IMG/VR virus record: IMGVR_UViG_3300043422_000045
Location: 47,651 to 111,650 of that record
Source: a virus
Lineage: Duplodnaviria > Caudoviricetes
Strand: one strand, 5' to 3'
Length of the DNA stretch: 64,000 nt
Position numbers and translations under genes: made by a program. The notes under the pieces are model-generated. The model did not search any database. It worked only from the letters and a program-made list of their open reading frames with translations, and was not told the DNA's origin. Positions 20,442 to 30,800 of this stretch are shown here, piece after piece (the stretch's first letter is position 1; the number at the start of each line of letters is the position of its first letter).

Positions 20442-21950
20442 TTGGTTCTAACCCTAACAGAGGATAACAGATTTTTAAGGATTGATGAGGCTAATGAACT
20501 TGAGTTAGAGCAATTAAACATTTCACTAACAAAAAGAATTGATAGCTGGAGATTTAATCCACTTGTAAAGCGAGGCTTATGGGACGGTTATGTTTCTTAT
20601 ATTAAAGATGACAAATGGATTCCAGTGGGTTTATGGCGATATGTCATGACGCTTTGTAAAGAATACAGATTCGAATTAAAAGTTAATGGTATCACAAGAC
20701 TTTTTGATCCTAACATTACCATGGAATCTTTCGAGGCATGGGTTAATGATTTCTTTAATGGATCAAAGATGGTTCCAAGGGACTATCAAGTAGAAGCAGC
20801 TTTCAATATACTTAAATTTAAAAGATGTTTAGCTGAATTGGCTACATCAGCAGGTAAGACTATGATTAGTTTCATGGTCGTTTCATATATGCTTGAAAAA
20901 CAAAAAGCAACTAAGATTTTATTTATAGTGCCTAACGTATCTTTGGTAGTTCAAGCTACTGAAGATTTCTATGAGTACAATTGGCAAAATAGAGTTAAGA
21001 TCAAAGTACAGCAGATATATGCTGGTCAAAAATTAAAACCAAACGCAAATATCGTTATAGGTACATATCAGTCACTTGTTAAAAAAGACAAAGATTATTT
21101 TGATGAGTTTGACGCAGTTATTGTCGATGAAACACACAAAGCTAAATCACAATCTATTAAAGACATTTTAGCTAAGTGTAGAAATGCGCATTATAAGTTT
21201 GGTCTTTCGGGTACTTTGCCAAAAGATGGAACGCTTGATAAATTAACTTTAATGAGTCAAACTGGCCCAGTAATTACCGAGGTTAAAGCATCATTCTTGC
21301 AAAAAGAAGGACACATTGCAGGTTGTAAAGTTAAAATCATTGAAATGGACTATGCTCCAGAATCAGCTAAAATTGCTTTTCAAGAATTGGCTCAAAATAA
21401 ATACGAAAGTAAAGATGTTTTTCAACTTGAACAAAATTATGTGGTCAACAATCAAGCACGTCTTGACTTTGTTGTGTCTGTTATATCCAGAATTCCAAGG
21501 AATTCTTTGGTACTTTTCCATAGAATCGAGCATGGCAAGAAAATATACGACGCCCTTAGACAGAATAGCGATAAAAAAGTTTATTACGTCGATGGCTCTA
21601 CAGACTCAGATATTAGAGAAGAACATAAAAAGAAGATGGAAAACGGTGAAGAGATCGTTATCGTAGCTTCTTATGGTACATTCTCAACAGGTATCTCTGT
21701 TAAGAAAATTCACAACATCTTTTTTACAGAGTCGTTTAAATCTGAAGTAATTATTAGACAGTCTATTGGTCGTGGTTTAAGACAACATGAATCTAAAACA
21801 GATGTACTTATTATAGACTTTGTGGATAATATTTGCACATTAGAATGGGAAAACTATCTATACAAGCATGCTCTTGAAAGACAGCGTATATACAGACAGG
21901 AGCAATTTGAATATGATATTAAGAAAGTCAAATTCGAAGGAGATATATAA
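20442..21950 (+). CDS. uvsW: UvsW-like superfamily 2 DNA helicase (TTG start)
   Basis: WDG; PRDYQ; ATSAGKT; VDETH; GLSGT; STGIS; QSIGRGLR. Confidence 0.92.
   Translation: MVLTLTEDNRFLRIDEANELELEQLNISLTKRIDSWRFNPLVKRGLWDGYVSYIKDDKWIPVGLWRYVMTLCKEYRFELKVNGITRLFDPNITMESFEAWVNDFFNGSKMVPRDYQVEAAFNILKFKRCLAELATSAGKTMISFMVVSYMLEKQKATKILFIVPNVSLVVQATEDFYEYNWQNRVKIKVQQIYAGQKLKPNANIVIGTYQSLVKKDKDYFDEFDAVIVDETHKAKSQSIKDILAKCRNAHYKFGLSGTLPKDGTLDKLTLMSQTGPVITEVKASFLQKEGHIAGCKVKIIEMDYAPESAKIAFQELAQNKYESKDVFQLEQNYVVNNQARLDFVVSVISRIPRNSLVLFHRIEHGKKIYDALRQNSDKKVYYVDGSTDSDIREEHKKKMENGEEIVIVASYGTFSTGISVKKIHNIFFTESFKSEVIIRQSIGRGLRQHESKTDVLIIDFVDNICTLEWENYLYKHALERQRIYRQEQFEYDIKKVKFEGDI
21942..21950 (+). promoter_or_regulatory. 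Late-type promoter GATATATAA
   Basis: Same 9-mer found upstream of the head genes. Confidence 0.6.
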
Positions 21951-21986
21951 TTAACATAATAACTTATTAAAAAATAAAAAAAGAAT

Positions 21987-24290
21987 ATGTCAGTACAAAA
22001 AATTTCATCATTTAAGTCCTTTACTGAGGTTAAAAACCAATCAAAGGCAGCTCAACTTCATGAAGAAGGTAAAGCCAAAAGAGCAGAAATAGTATCTAAA
22101 ATTGGTGCAGCTCTTGAAGAAATGGGTGTTACTTCACTACAAGAATTAGATGAAGAAAAAAGAAATGCCTTAGTTGCTAAAATCTTTAATGAAGACGAAG
22201 CAGAAGAAATTGAAAAAGATATTGTTAAATTAGGTGAACCTAAAAAAGAAGATCCTAAAAAAGGCGAAGAATTAACAAACGAGGCAGTTATCAACGAAGG
22301 GACAAGATCTCAAATTGGTAAAATTGACAAGTCAGGTAAAATCGTATCAACTTACGTACACTATGATGGTTATCCAGAGAATATGGTGCCATTATTGAAA
22401 AATTACAAAGACACTAAATCAGTAGATCAATTATTAAAATTAGGTAAAGCGGGTATTTCATACTTAGATGCAAAGATTGGTGATAAACCATTGGATTTCA
22501 ATAATCCAGAAAAAGGCATTACTTTATTCTACGGAAGAGATAGAAATGAAAAAGGTGACATGACTACTAAAGCAGACGTTAAAAACGTAGCTAAGTATTT
22601 AAAAGGTGTTGCAAACCAATCAGGTGCAGAATATGCTTATTTATACGATGAAAGAGACGGTAAATGGTACATGGCTGACACATACGAAGATAAAGAATTA
22701 AAACCAGTTGCAGAATCTTTGTTAACCGAAGGTAATGCTTTTGGAGCTGCAGTTACTAAAGCTAAAGAAGCTGGAGAAAAAGAATTTGAATTTGACGGTA
22801 AAATTTACAAAGTTAAAGAAGATAACGCATCTGAATTTGATGTAATTGATGATGTATTCGAAGCAAACTATAATGTTTCTAGATCAGCTATCGGTAGAAT
22901 GGGCGGTTTAGTACCAATCAAAGAAATGAAAGCTTTGATAGATTGTTCTAAAGCAGTCATCGAAGATCTATACGAAGAAGGCTTTGAATTAGACGAAATT
23001 ATCGGCTACATCGCTTACAGAATCAATGATAAATTTGAAGGCGTGTATGAATCAGCATTAACTGAAGGTTCACACGGAATGGCTACCAAATTACTTCAAG
23101 CTATTGTAGATGGAGATTCTTCTAAAGCAGATGGTGTTAAAATGTCAAAAGAATTAGCACAACACGCCATAGATTGGATTAAAACTTCTCCATTTGGTAA
23201 AAAATACGGAAATTTACCGCTGTATATGTTAATTAAAGCATCTATTAACTGGGGTATTGAAAGAGGTTTAGATTCAAGCTTAAAAGCTGAATTAAAATCT
23301 TTAGTAGATTCTTTAAAAGAATCCAATGAATCAATCGAAAGCGATGACGTAAACGAAGCTAGATCAATTAATAAAATTCAAACAGAATGGACTAAAGTTA
23401 CTAATGCAATGAAAGACACTGCAGCTAGTTGGAAAGCAGCTGAAGGTGATGCAAAAACTGCATTATTAACAACTTTAAAAGAAATGACAGCAAAAAAGAA
23501 AGCTTTAGAAGCTGAATTAGATGCAGTTGTTTCAGATAAAGACAAAGACTTAGAATTAGCAATGGAATCAATGACTTTAGTTTTACGATCAGTTGACGAA
23601 GGCTTTGAAGTTCATTATTCTGATGGCGTTAGAGCTATGAAGAAATTCGGTAATGAAAAACAAGCAATCGATTTTGCTAAAGATCTAATCAAAAACAAAA
23701 AAAGTTTACAATTCGTAGATGTTTTTAATGCAGGATCAGGATTTCACTCAACATCTGATACAAATGCCATCGTAGCATTTTGGGGAGATGGTTCTTATAC
23801 AGACAATGTTTCTAAGAGAGATACTAAATTAGCTGCTAAAAAAATTCAAGAATCTGTAGAAATTAACGAAGAAGACATCACGTCAGATGATCAATTTAAA
23901 GAATATGCGATGACAGTTTTAAAAGATGCATTCAAAGATGAATTCGATGAAGCTAAAGCAGAAGATGTTATCAAAGGAATTCTTAGTAAAGTTGATGGTG
24001 ATTACGGCGCAGCTATCGGAATGCTAACAAGTTCTTTAGGAGAATCAGTTACAAATGAAGCTACTGTTGAAGTAGATGCTACAGACCCTAAAGATAAAAA
24101 CTTAGCTAAATTATTAAAGAAACACAATGTTACTTTAGAAGTAATTAACAAAAAGGGACCATCGGGTTATCCAGAAGTTAAATTAACCGGAGATACCAAA
24201 GATCTCAAAGCAGTTTTAGCAGATGATGAATATGGCTGGGACGATGAAGATCTTGCAGATTATATTGAAGAATCAAACACTGAAAACTAA
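21987..24290 (+). CDS. Putative capsid-internal multi-module (poly)protein
   Basis: N-terminal SFKSFTE targeting-like motif; modules separated by INEG/LTEG/VNEA/INEE/TNEA; contains a YVHYDGYP domain. Confidence 0.55.
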   Translation: MSVQKISSFKSFTEVKNQSKAAQLHEEGKAKRAEIVSKIGAALEEMGVTSLQELDEEKRNALVAKIFNEDEAEEIEKDIVKLGEPKKEDPKKGEELTNEAVINEGTRSQIGKIDKSGKIVSTYVHYDGYPENMVPLLKNYKDTKSVDQLLKLGKAGISYLDAKIGDKPLDFNNPEKGITLFYGRDRNEKGDMTTKADVKNVAKYLKGVANQSGAEYAYLYDERDGKWYMADTYEDKELKPVAESLLTEGNAFGAAVTKAKEAGEKEFEFDGKIYKVKEDNASEFDVIDDVFEANYNVSRSAIGRMGGLVPIKEMKALIDCSKAVIEDLYEEGFELDEIIGYIAYRINDKFEGVYESALTEGSHGMATKLLQAIVDGDSSKADGVKMSKELAQHAIDWIKTSPFGKKYGNLPLYMLIKASINWGIERGLDSSLKAELKSLVDSLKESNESIESDDVNEARSINKIQTEWTKVTNAMKDTAASWKAAEGDAKTALLTTLKEMTAKKKALEAELDAVVSDKDKDLELAMESMTLVLRSVDEGFEVHYSDGVRAMKKFGNEKQAIDFAKDLIKNKKSLQFVDVFNAGSGFHSTSDTNAIVAFWGDGSYTDNVSKRDTKLAAKKIQESVEINEEDITSDDQFKEYAMTVLKDAFKDEFDEAKAEDVIKGILSKVDGDYGAAIGMLTSSLGESVTNEATVEVDATDPKDKNLAKLLKKHNVTLEVINKKGPSGYPEVKLTGDTKDLKAVLADDEYGWDDEDLADYIEESNTEN

Positions 24291-24306
24291 AATATCTATA
24301 AAATTA

Positions 24307-24334
24307 AAAAGACCCAATTAATCTTGGGTCTTTT
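24307..24334 (+). terminator. Rho-independent terminator
   Basis: aaaagacccaa-ttaatc-ttgggtctttt. Confidence 0.75.
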
Positions 24335-24348
24335 ATATTTCTCCTAAT

Positions 24349-25629
24349 ATGAAAACACTTTTAAACTATACAGAGTTCCTTATTGAAAAATGGAATCAAC
24401 AATATCCAGACATTATCTTAGAAGGTGGAGCAGCAGGACACATGATGCACCCATTTGATGATGAAACTCTTACATTTGGTGAAATCAAACACATTATTGA
24501 TGGTGCTTTAGAAGGTCGTTTAGATTTCGAAGCGGCTCCTACTGAAAAAACAGACGGACAAAATGTCTTTGTTACAGTTAAGAATGGTCAAGCAATGTTC
24601 GCTAGAAATAAAGGACAGATGAAACAACCAATAGATCTTAATGGAATCACACAGATGTTTCAGGATCATCCATCAACTGGCGTTAGAGATACATTTACGT
24701 TCGCTGCACAAGATTTGGCCAGTGCGCTGCAATCACTATCTGCAAAGGACCAACAAGAATTTAATGATGGAACTTCATTTATGAATATGGAATTAATTTA
24801 CTCTGGTAATTCAAATGTAATCGCTTATGGTAAAGATGTTATTCAATTTCATGGTATGGTTCACACCGATGGAGAAGGTAATCAAATAGGTTCTGATTCT
24901 AAATTAGCTGGTAAAATAGCAAATGCCTTAAAATCAGTTAATTCACACGTACAAAAAACATTTGAAATCATTCCACCTCAGGAATTACAAATAGGTAAAT
25001 CAATAGATTTTGAAGAAAAGAAAGGTTATTTCTTAAATAAGATTAATGTTTTACAAAAAAGATATAACTTACAAGACACTGATCCAGTTTCTAAATATCA
25101 CTCAATGTGGTGGAAAGAGCTTATCGATAAAGACTTTTCAAATTTAGATGAAATTGATAAAGCAGGCTTAGTACAAAGATGGGCATTTGATGATAAAAAG
25201 ACTCTTAATATTAGAGACTTAGCAAAGAAAATGTCTGACTCTGAATATAAAGAATTTCAACGTTTTGATAAAGAAGATTCTAAAAAGAAATTTAAAGAAA
25301 ACATTTTACCATTTGAAAATCTATTCTTAGAATTAGGTTCAGTTGTGTTAAAGAATGTTTCTAATCTTTTAGTTGCTAATCCAGCTCAAGAAATGCAAAG
25401 ACTACATGCACAAATTAAAACAGAGGCTGATAAAATCAAACAAAACGGAGATTTAACTCAATTAACTAAAGTAGAAAAAGAATTAGCTAGATTAGATTCT
25501 ATCGGCGGTATTGATTCTATCGTACCTTCAGAAGGCTTAGTTTTTCAATATAAAGGTAAATTATTTAAGCTTACTGGAACATTTGCTGCCATTAATCAGC
25601 TTATGGGTATTATAAAATACGGAAGATAA
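24349..25629 (+). CDS. Ligase-fold (covalent nucleotidyltransferase) protein with capsid-targeting-like N-terminus
   Basis: Motif I TEKTDG, III NMELIY, IIIa QFHG, IV-V SEGLVF...FKLTG; N-terminus MKTLLNYTEFLIE. Confidence 0.6.
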   Translation: MKTLLNYTEFLIEKWNQQYPDIILEGGAAGHMMHPFDDETLTFGEIKHIIDGALEGRLDFEAAPTEKTDGQNVFVTVKNGQAMFARNKGQMKQPIDLNGITQMFQDHPSTGVRDTFTFAAQDLASALQSLSAKDQQEFNDGTSFMNMELIYSGNSNVIAYGKDVIQFHGMVHTDGEGNQIGSDSKLAGKIANALKSVNSHVQKTFEIIPPQELQIGKSIDFEEKKGYFLNKINVLQKRYNLQDTDPVSKYHSMWWKELIDKDFSNLDEIDKAGLVQRWAFDDKKTLNIRDLAKKMSDSEYKEFQRFDKEDSKKKFKENILPFENLFLELGSVVLKNVSNLLVANPAQEMQRLHAQIKTEADKIKQNGDLTQLTKVEKELARLDSIGGIDSIVPSEGLVFQYKGKLFKLTGTFAAINQLMGIIKYGR

Positions 25630-25673
25630 ATAAAATAAATCTATAAATATTTTCATATATCAAATAGATTTAG

Positions 25674-25681
25674 TATATTTG
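25674..25681 (+). promoter_or_regulatory. Bacteroidota-type -7 promoter element TAnnTTTG
   Basis: TATATTTG, with TTTC starting 23 nt upstream, just before the ATG at 25701. Confidence 0.5.
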
Positions 25682-25700
25682 TAAAACAAAAATAAGAAAA

Positions 25701-27581
25701 ATGGCATTACAAAAATTAAGAGATTTTTATCAAGGTACGAATCCCAATACATTTAACGACATGTTAAAGTCAAGAGTTGTTGTAACTGAAAAGATTGCAG
25801 GAGCTTCATTTCATGTTAGAAGAGCAATGGAAGGTTTTGAGTATTTCAAATCTGGAAATAACGAAGCTATGAATATCATAGATAGAACGTTAACTTCAGT
25901 ATATGAAAATGCAATTAAACACTTTCAAAGTTTAACATTAAACGAGAAAAATCAAATGCCAAGTGATTGGAAGTTTGGATTTGAATATTTACCAGAAGCT
26001 AATATGTCTTCTATTGAATATGATTCAACGCCTTTCAATTTTATGATATTAACGCACATTCAAGTTTTAGGAACTAATGGCAAAGCTAAAAAGGTTTTAA
26101 CAGATCCTAAGGTTCTAAAAGAATGGGCACAAAAACTACAAGTACAAGGACCATCGATCGTTTTCGACGGTATGTTAAATGAGGATCAAAAGAGAAATTT
26201 AGTGACATTGCTTTCAATGTCAAACGAATCATACGCTAAAAGATTTGGAAATGAAGCGTTCACCAACCACGTTTACAAACTATTTAATCCAGGTGCATAT
26301 AAAACCGTTTTAAATGAAGATTTGGTTAAACCAATCGACGGTTTAATAGTTTCTTTCGTAGATTCAACACAAATTAAAAGTTTTAAATTAGAAGAGTTTA
26401 AACCAGCTAATGAAGCTGAAACTTCCAATAGAGAAGCAAGTCACATGTATCAAATTACAATGGTTGATTTGTTAGAATTCTTTTCAACAGTAGACCTAGA
26501 TAGTATTGAGCTTTTAGAAACAGCGTCAGATAAAAGATATATCGAGTTGATTTCAGCAATGTACAATTCGTATGTTAAAGAAAATGCTACTAAATATGTA
26601 GGAGTTGATTTTGGAGCAGCTGATTTTTCTAAATCTGCATTATTCAATATCAATACAAAATACATTGACAACGAAAAGACATTAGAATATTTAGACAATC
26701 CAGTTTTAGCTGAACTTTATAAAATCATGCTAAGCTCTTTTTCTAAAAAGAAAATAAAAGAATCTGCATTGTTAAATTCAAATATCTTAGAACAATTAAA
26801 TCAGATTATTGATGTAATTGAACAAAAAGTATTTGTAGAAAACGCAGATGAAAATGCAATTCACAACTTCAATAATTTCTTAATGCACAATAAGATTTCT
26901 GCTAGTAAAACTAACATGAACGAAGCATTAAAAATTAATTATTCAGAACAAGGTAAAGAAAAAGTAAATATGTTTGTTGGTAGATTCCAACCATTTACTC
27001 TTGGACATGCTAAAGTTTTAGAAACAATCCACAAACAAAATGGTTATCCAGTCGTAGTATTTTTGGTTAAAGCTGCAAAGGCTCAAAAAGACGATGCTGT
27101 TAAAAGACCGTTTGATACAGAAACACAAATTGAAATGTTTATGCAAGTGCAAAAGCAATATCCTTTCTTAAAAGAGATTTTTGTAATTCCATCAGCTGGT
27201 ATAGATTTGATGTTTAATGAAATGAGACCTAAATATGAACCAGTTTTATGGGGAACAGGCACAGATCGTTTCAAAACTTATGGCTATCAAGTAAACAATG
27301 ACAAATATAGAGATGAACTTGGTGTTTTACCAGAGTTTGGTTTATATGAGATCAAAAGAGACGATGAAGATATTTCAGCAACTAAAGTTAGAGAAGCTTT
27401 ATTAGCTAATGATAAAAAGACTTTTGATAAAATGACACCTAAAGCGTTAGGTCCTTTATTTAATGAACTTAAACAAAAGTTAGAAACTTCATTAAAAATT
27501 TCAGAAGCTGTTGAAACAGAAGCAAGTACGGATGTATTAACTTTTGAACAATTTAAATTAAATACTAATATTATTAAATAA
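25701..27581 (+). CDS. Fusion of a ligase-like domain and a HIGH-superfamily (cytidyltransferase/NMNAT-like) nucleotidyltransferase
   Basis: N-terminal TEKIAG...FEY...DGLIV...FKL; C-terminal VGRFQPFTLGH, GTDR and ISATKVR. Confidence 0.7.
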   Translation: MALQKLRDFYQGTNPNTFNDMLKSRVVVTEKIAGASFHVRRAMEGFEYFKSGNNEAMNIIDRTLTSVYENAIKHFQSLTLNEKNQMPSDWKFGFEYLPEANMSSIEYDSTPFNFMILTHIQVLGTNGKAKKVLTDPKVLKEWAQKLQVQGPSIVFDGMLNEDQKRNLVTLLSMSNESYAKRFGNEAFTNHVYKLFNPGAYKTVLNEDLVKPIDGLIVSFVDSTQIKSFKLEEFKPANEAETSNREASHMYQITMVDLLEFFSTVDLDSIELLETASDKRYIELISAMYNSYVKENATKYVGVDFGAADFSKSALFNINTKYIDNEKTLEYLDNPVLAELYKIMLSSFSKKKIKESALLNSNILEQLNQIIDVIEQKVFVENADENAIHNFNNFLMHNKISASKTNMNEALKINYSEQGKEKVNMFVGRFQPFTLGHAKVLETIHKQNGYPVVVFLVKAAKAQKDDAVKRPFDTETQIEMFMQVQKQYPFLKEIFVIPSAGIDLMFNEMRPKYEPVLWGTGTDRFKTYGYQVNNDKYRDELGVLPEFGLYEIKRDDEDISATKVREALLANDKKTFDKMTPKALGPLFNELKQKLETSLKISEAVETEASTDVLTFEQFKLNTNIIK

Positions 27582-27586
27582 TAAAA

Positions 27587-28723
27587 ATGGCACAAACGCA
27601 CGGAGACATTAGAGCAAAATTTGCTAGTCAATTAAATAAAAACGAAATGTTTAGAGCAATAGATGAAGCTGCAAATGATTCATTAAATGGAGAAGTAAAT
27701 GCTCCAGGTTCTCAGCATCGTAACATGGTTTTAATCGATCAAATCAAAAAGAATGGTAAAATTCAAGATTATATAAATTTTGCATCTTTGTACCCTAATG
27801 GACAAGCATCTGCAGCACTTATTAATTTTATAGCTAGTTTAAATCCAAAAGATTCAATTGAATTAGCAAACAGTTTAGCTTCTTTAAAATCTCCAAGTGA
27901 ATTAACGATTTCGATGTATTCAAATAAAGGTAGTGTATTAGGTAGATTATTCGATTGTATTCCTTCGAGAGGTTTAGGTCGTGGAGAACCATTAATCGCA
28001 TGGATGATTAAAGGTGCTGAAATCCAAGGTGGTAGTGAAAGCTTTGACGTTAAAATCGGTAAAGATAAATACGAAGTTAAAGATTATTCAGGACAAGGAA
28101 ATGCAGCTATTTTAGCAGGTGTTCGTTCTAAAGTAAGTAACTTTGAATTCTGGAAAGAATTAGTAGATACTCTAAGAAGACTTGATAAACTAACAGGGTT
28201 TTCAACACGTTCTAAATTTGATGTATCTTTATATTTTACACCAGAGCTAGTATCATCTATTAATGCTTTATTAAATAGACAACACGTTATTTTATCAGGA
28301 GAATGTAATCTTTCTGATTTAGCTAATTTTAGAAATTTTTATCAACAAGCTAGTCAAATTCAAAATTTCATGCATGGCTACACTAATGTTATTTTAAGAG
28401 GTCCAAATGTAAAACCAATTGAATTAAGCATTGATTTATTAGATCCATCTGATGTTTCTGGAGATACAATCACATTCCATATTGCTAAAGCAGATCAAAC
28501 AGATACCTATGTTTTATCAGAATTAAAGCGTTTAAAATACGTTAGAAATCCAAAGGACTTAGATAATGATATGCAAAAAGCAGTTGATCAAATCCATGCA
28601 GGTTTAACATATATCGTATTTAGAAAAGATGCTATTAATGTAACAACTGATTTTGTTCCAACTGCAATTTCAATTTCAAGTTTAAAATTTGTTGAAAGAA
28701 GCATTAAAAATCCAACAGAATAA
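27587..28723 (+). CDS. Hypothetical protein, possible PD-(D/E)XK nuclease fold
   Basis: GRGE...FDVKI....YEVKD pattern. Confidence 0.45.
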   Translation: MAQTHGDIRAKFASQLNKNEMFRAIDEAANDSLNGEVNAPGSQHRNMVLIDQIKKNGKIQDYINFASLYPNGQASAALINFIASLNPKDSIELANSLASLKSPSELTISMYSNKGSVLGRLFDCIPSRGLGRGEPLIAWMIKGAEIQGGSESFDVKIGKDKYEVKDYSGQGNAAILAGVRSKVSNFEFWKELVDTLRRLDKLTGFSTRSKFDVSLYFTPELVSSINALLNRQHVILSGECNLSDLANFRNFYQQASQIQNFMHGYTNVILRGPNVKPIELSIDLLDPSDVSGDTITFHIAKADQTDTYVLSELKRLKYVRNPKDLDNDMQKAVDQIHAGLTYIVFRKDAINVTTDFVPTAISISSLKFVERSIKNPTE

Positions 28724-28763
28724 TATTATCTTAATATATAGATAAAGAAAAATAATAAAAACT

Positions 28764-30770
28764 ATGAATTTTCAAAACTTTCTTAATGAGAAATATAGCA
28801 AAGATGACATCAATACAGCGTATGGCTTCTTTGGCGCTATGGAAGATGCGCATAATGAAAAAATAGCATACGAAATATTTGATGCAGCTGTTAAAGACTT
28901 GATGAAAGAATTTGGTCTTAAAGATGTTGAAGCTGTAGCTTTATTAAATAGCAAAGCGGGTAGACAAGCAGCTGATGCAATTATTGCAGGAGAATGCGAT
29001 GACAGTGCGGTAGCAGGAATGTATTGGTATTTTGGTAAAAACAACAAATCAAAAATCGTTAGCGCTGCTAAAAGTGCAATTAGTGAATCTAACGAATTAG
29101 ACGAAGCTTCTAAATTTGGAGCTCCAGCTGGTTTAACTAAAGCTCAAACTAAAAAGGTTGCAGAAACTTTAGCTAAAGCAATGTCAAAGACTGATAACGC
29201 TAAAGTAACGGTTAATCTTAGAACATTAGAAGAAGATTCTTTTGATTTAGATTATAACGGAGAAGAATATGATGGCGGTTCATATAATATTTATGATGAC
29301 GGTTCTGTTGTTAATCATGCAGTAACACCTAATGAAATTTATGGAACTTCTGATTCTTCAGTTGAAGATTTTATTAAAGGTTTAAAAAAGCCTATTAAAG
29401 AATCTGAAGAAGTAACAGAATCTAAAATTACTTTAAAGAGACAATATACTGAAAATTATCCAGCTAAAACAACTGGAAAGTATGCTGCTGTTAGAAATAA
29501 AATCATCGAAGCTTTAAAAGACGGTGAATTAACTAAAGAAGAATTTGACACTTTAGTTTCTGGTTTAACAGAAGATTCTAAAAGATGGTTAAGAAGAAAT
29601 TCAACCTTCTTTAATATACAAGAAGATAAAGTTGGTTTAACAAAATCTGGTCAAAAAATAGCAGCTGCTCTTTTTCAAGCGGAAGATGTTAATAGCAACT
29701 TAAAAACAAACGAAAATAACAATACAAATATGAAAACTAAATTCATTTATGAATCATTTTCTGAATTCGTTAATTCAATTGATGAGTCTTTTGAATTAGT
29801 TTCAGAATCATTTAAATCATCTATGTTAGCTGGTTTATTTACAAGACAAGGTAAATTTGATGCTACATTAGCAAAAGCATTTTACGGAGCTACTAAATTA
29901 AAATTAGATCAAATTGAAGATGAAGATTTAATTACTACAACGCCTGCATTAGCATACAAAAACAAATTAGAAAGCTCTATTGTTTTTTATATCTCTGATG
30001 TAGAAAAACCAAATACGTATGCACCTTCAGATGCATATTATACAAGTAAAACAATTCCAGGTGAAGGCTATTTATTGGCTGTAGCTTCAGGAGATAATAA
30101 ATTCTATGATAACGTTTGGACTGGTGGAAGATGGGACAGAAATCCAAAAAATAGAACATTAAAACAAGTTGATAATAATCCAAGTGATTCAATCGGTATT
30201 AATAAAAAATACAGCGGATGGGATGCAACAGGACTTTACAATGTTAAAAGAATTTCAGAAGTAGCTGATAGAGCAATTGTAATCAATACATCTTTATTGA
30301 GACAAAAATATTCAGCAGAAGCTGAAAGAGCAGAAAGAGCAGCAGCTAAAAAAGGTGCAATTGCATTTAAATCAGATAAAGATTTTAAAGCTGAAAACAT
30401 GGCAAGATATAATCAAATCATTGCTCAGAAAGCCACTCAAATGCCAATGGACAGTTTAGTTTCAAAAGCAATCGAAAGAATGTCTGAACAAATCAAAGAC
30501 GGTTTAGCTAAACAAACTAAAGGACGTTATGGTGAAATTATCGTAGGTACAAATGCAAAAGGCGCTGAAGCTAAATTAGCAGATGTTGCTAATCACATGC
30601 AGCGTATTTTAGATGATTATTCTGGATATGTTCGTGTTGTTGCACAACAAGAAGATTCAGTTGCTAAATATGGTGAAGCAGAATCTTGGTATAAAAGAGA
30701 AGTTGAACAAAAAGCTAAAGAACTTAAAGACAGACTTGATAAAATAGAATCATTCTCTTATATCTGGTAA
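28764..30770 (+). CDS. Putative capsid-internal multi-module protein
   Basis: MNFQNFLNE N-terminus; LDEA/VTES junctions; internal MKTKFIYESFSEFVN at 29730; preceded by AATATATA. Confidence 0.55.
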   Translation: MNFQNFLNEKYSKDDINTAYGFFGAMEDAHNEKIAYEIFDAAVKDLMKEFGLKDVEAVALLNSKAGRQAADAIIAGECDDSAVAGMYWYFGKNNKSKIVSAAKSAISESNELDEASKFGAPAGLTKAQTKKVAETLAKAMSKTDNAKVTVNLRTLEEDSFDLDYNGEEYDGGSYNIYDDGSVVNHAVTPNEIYGTSDSSVEDFIKGLKKPIKESEEVTESKITLKRQYTENYPAKTTGKYAAVRNKIIEALKDGELTKEEFDTLVSGLTEDSKRWLRRNSTFFNIQEDKVGLTKSGQKIAAALFQAEDVNSNLKTNENNNTNMKTKFIYESFSEFVNSIDESFELVSESFKSSMLAGLFTRQGKFDATLAKAFYGATKLKLDQIEDEDLITTTPALAYKNKLESSIVFYISDVEKPNTYAPSDAYYTSKTIPGEGYLLAVASGDNKFYDNVWTGGRWDRNPKNRTLKQVDNNPSDSIGINKKYSGWDATGLYNVKRISEVADRAIVINTSLLRQKYSAEAERAERAAAKKGAIAFKSDKDFKAENMARYNQIIAQKATQMPMDSLVSKAIERMSEQIKDGLAKQTKGRYGEIIVGTNAKGAEAKLADVANHMQRILDDYSGYVRVVAQQEDSVAKYGEAESWYKREVEQKAKELKDRLDKIESFSYIW

Positions 30771-30800
30771 TAAACAAAGAACAAAATAGACAAATATAAA

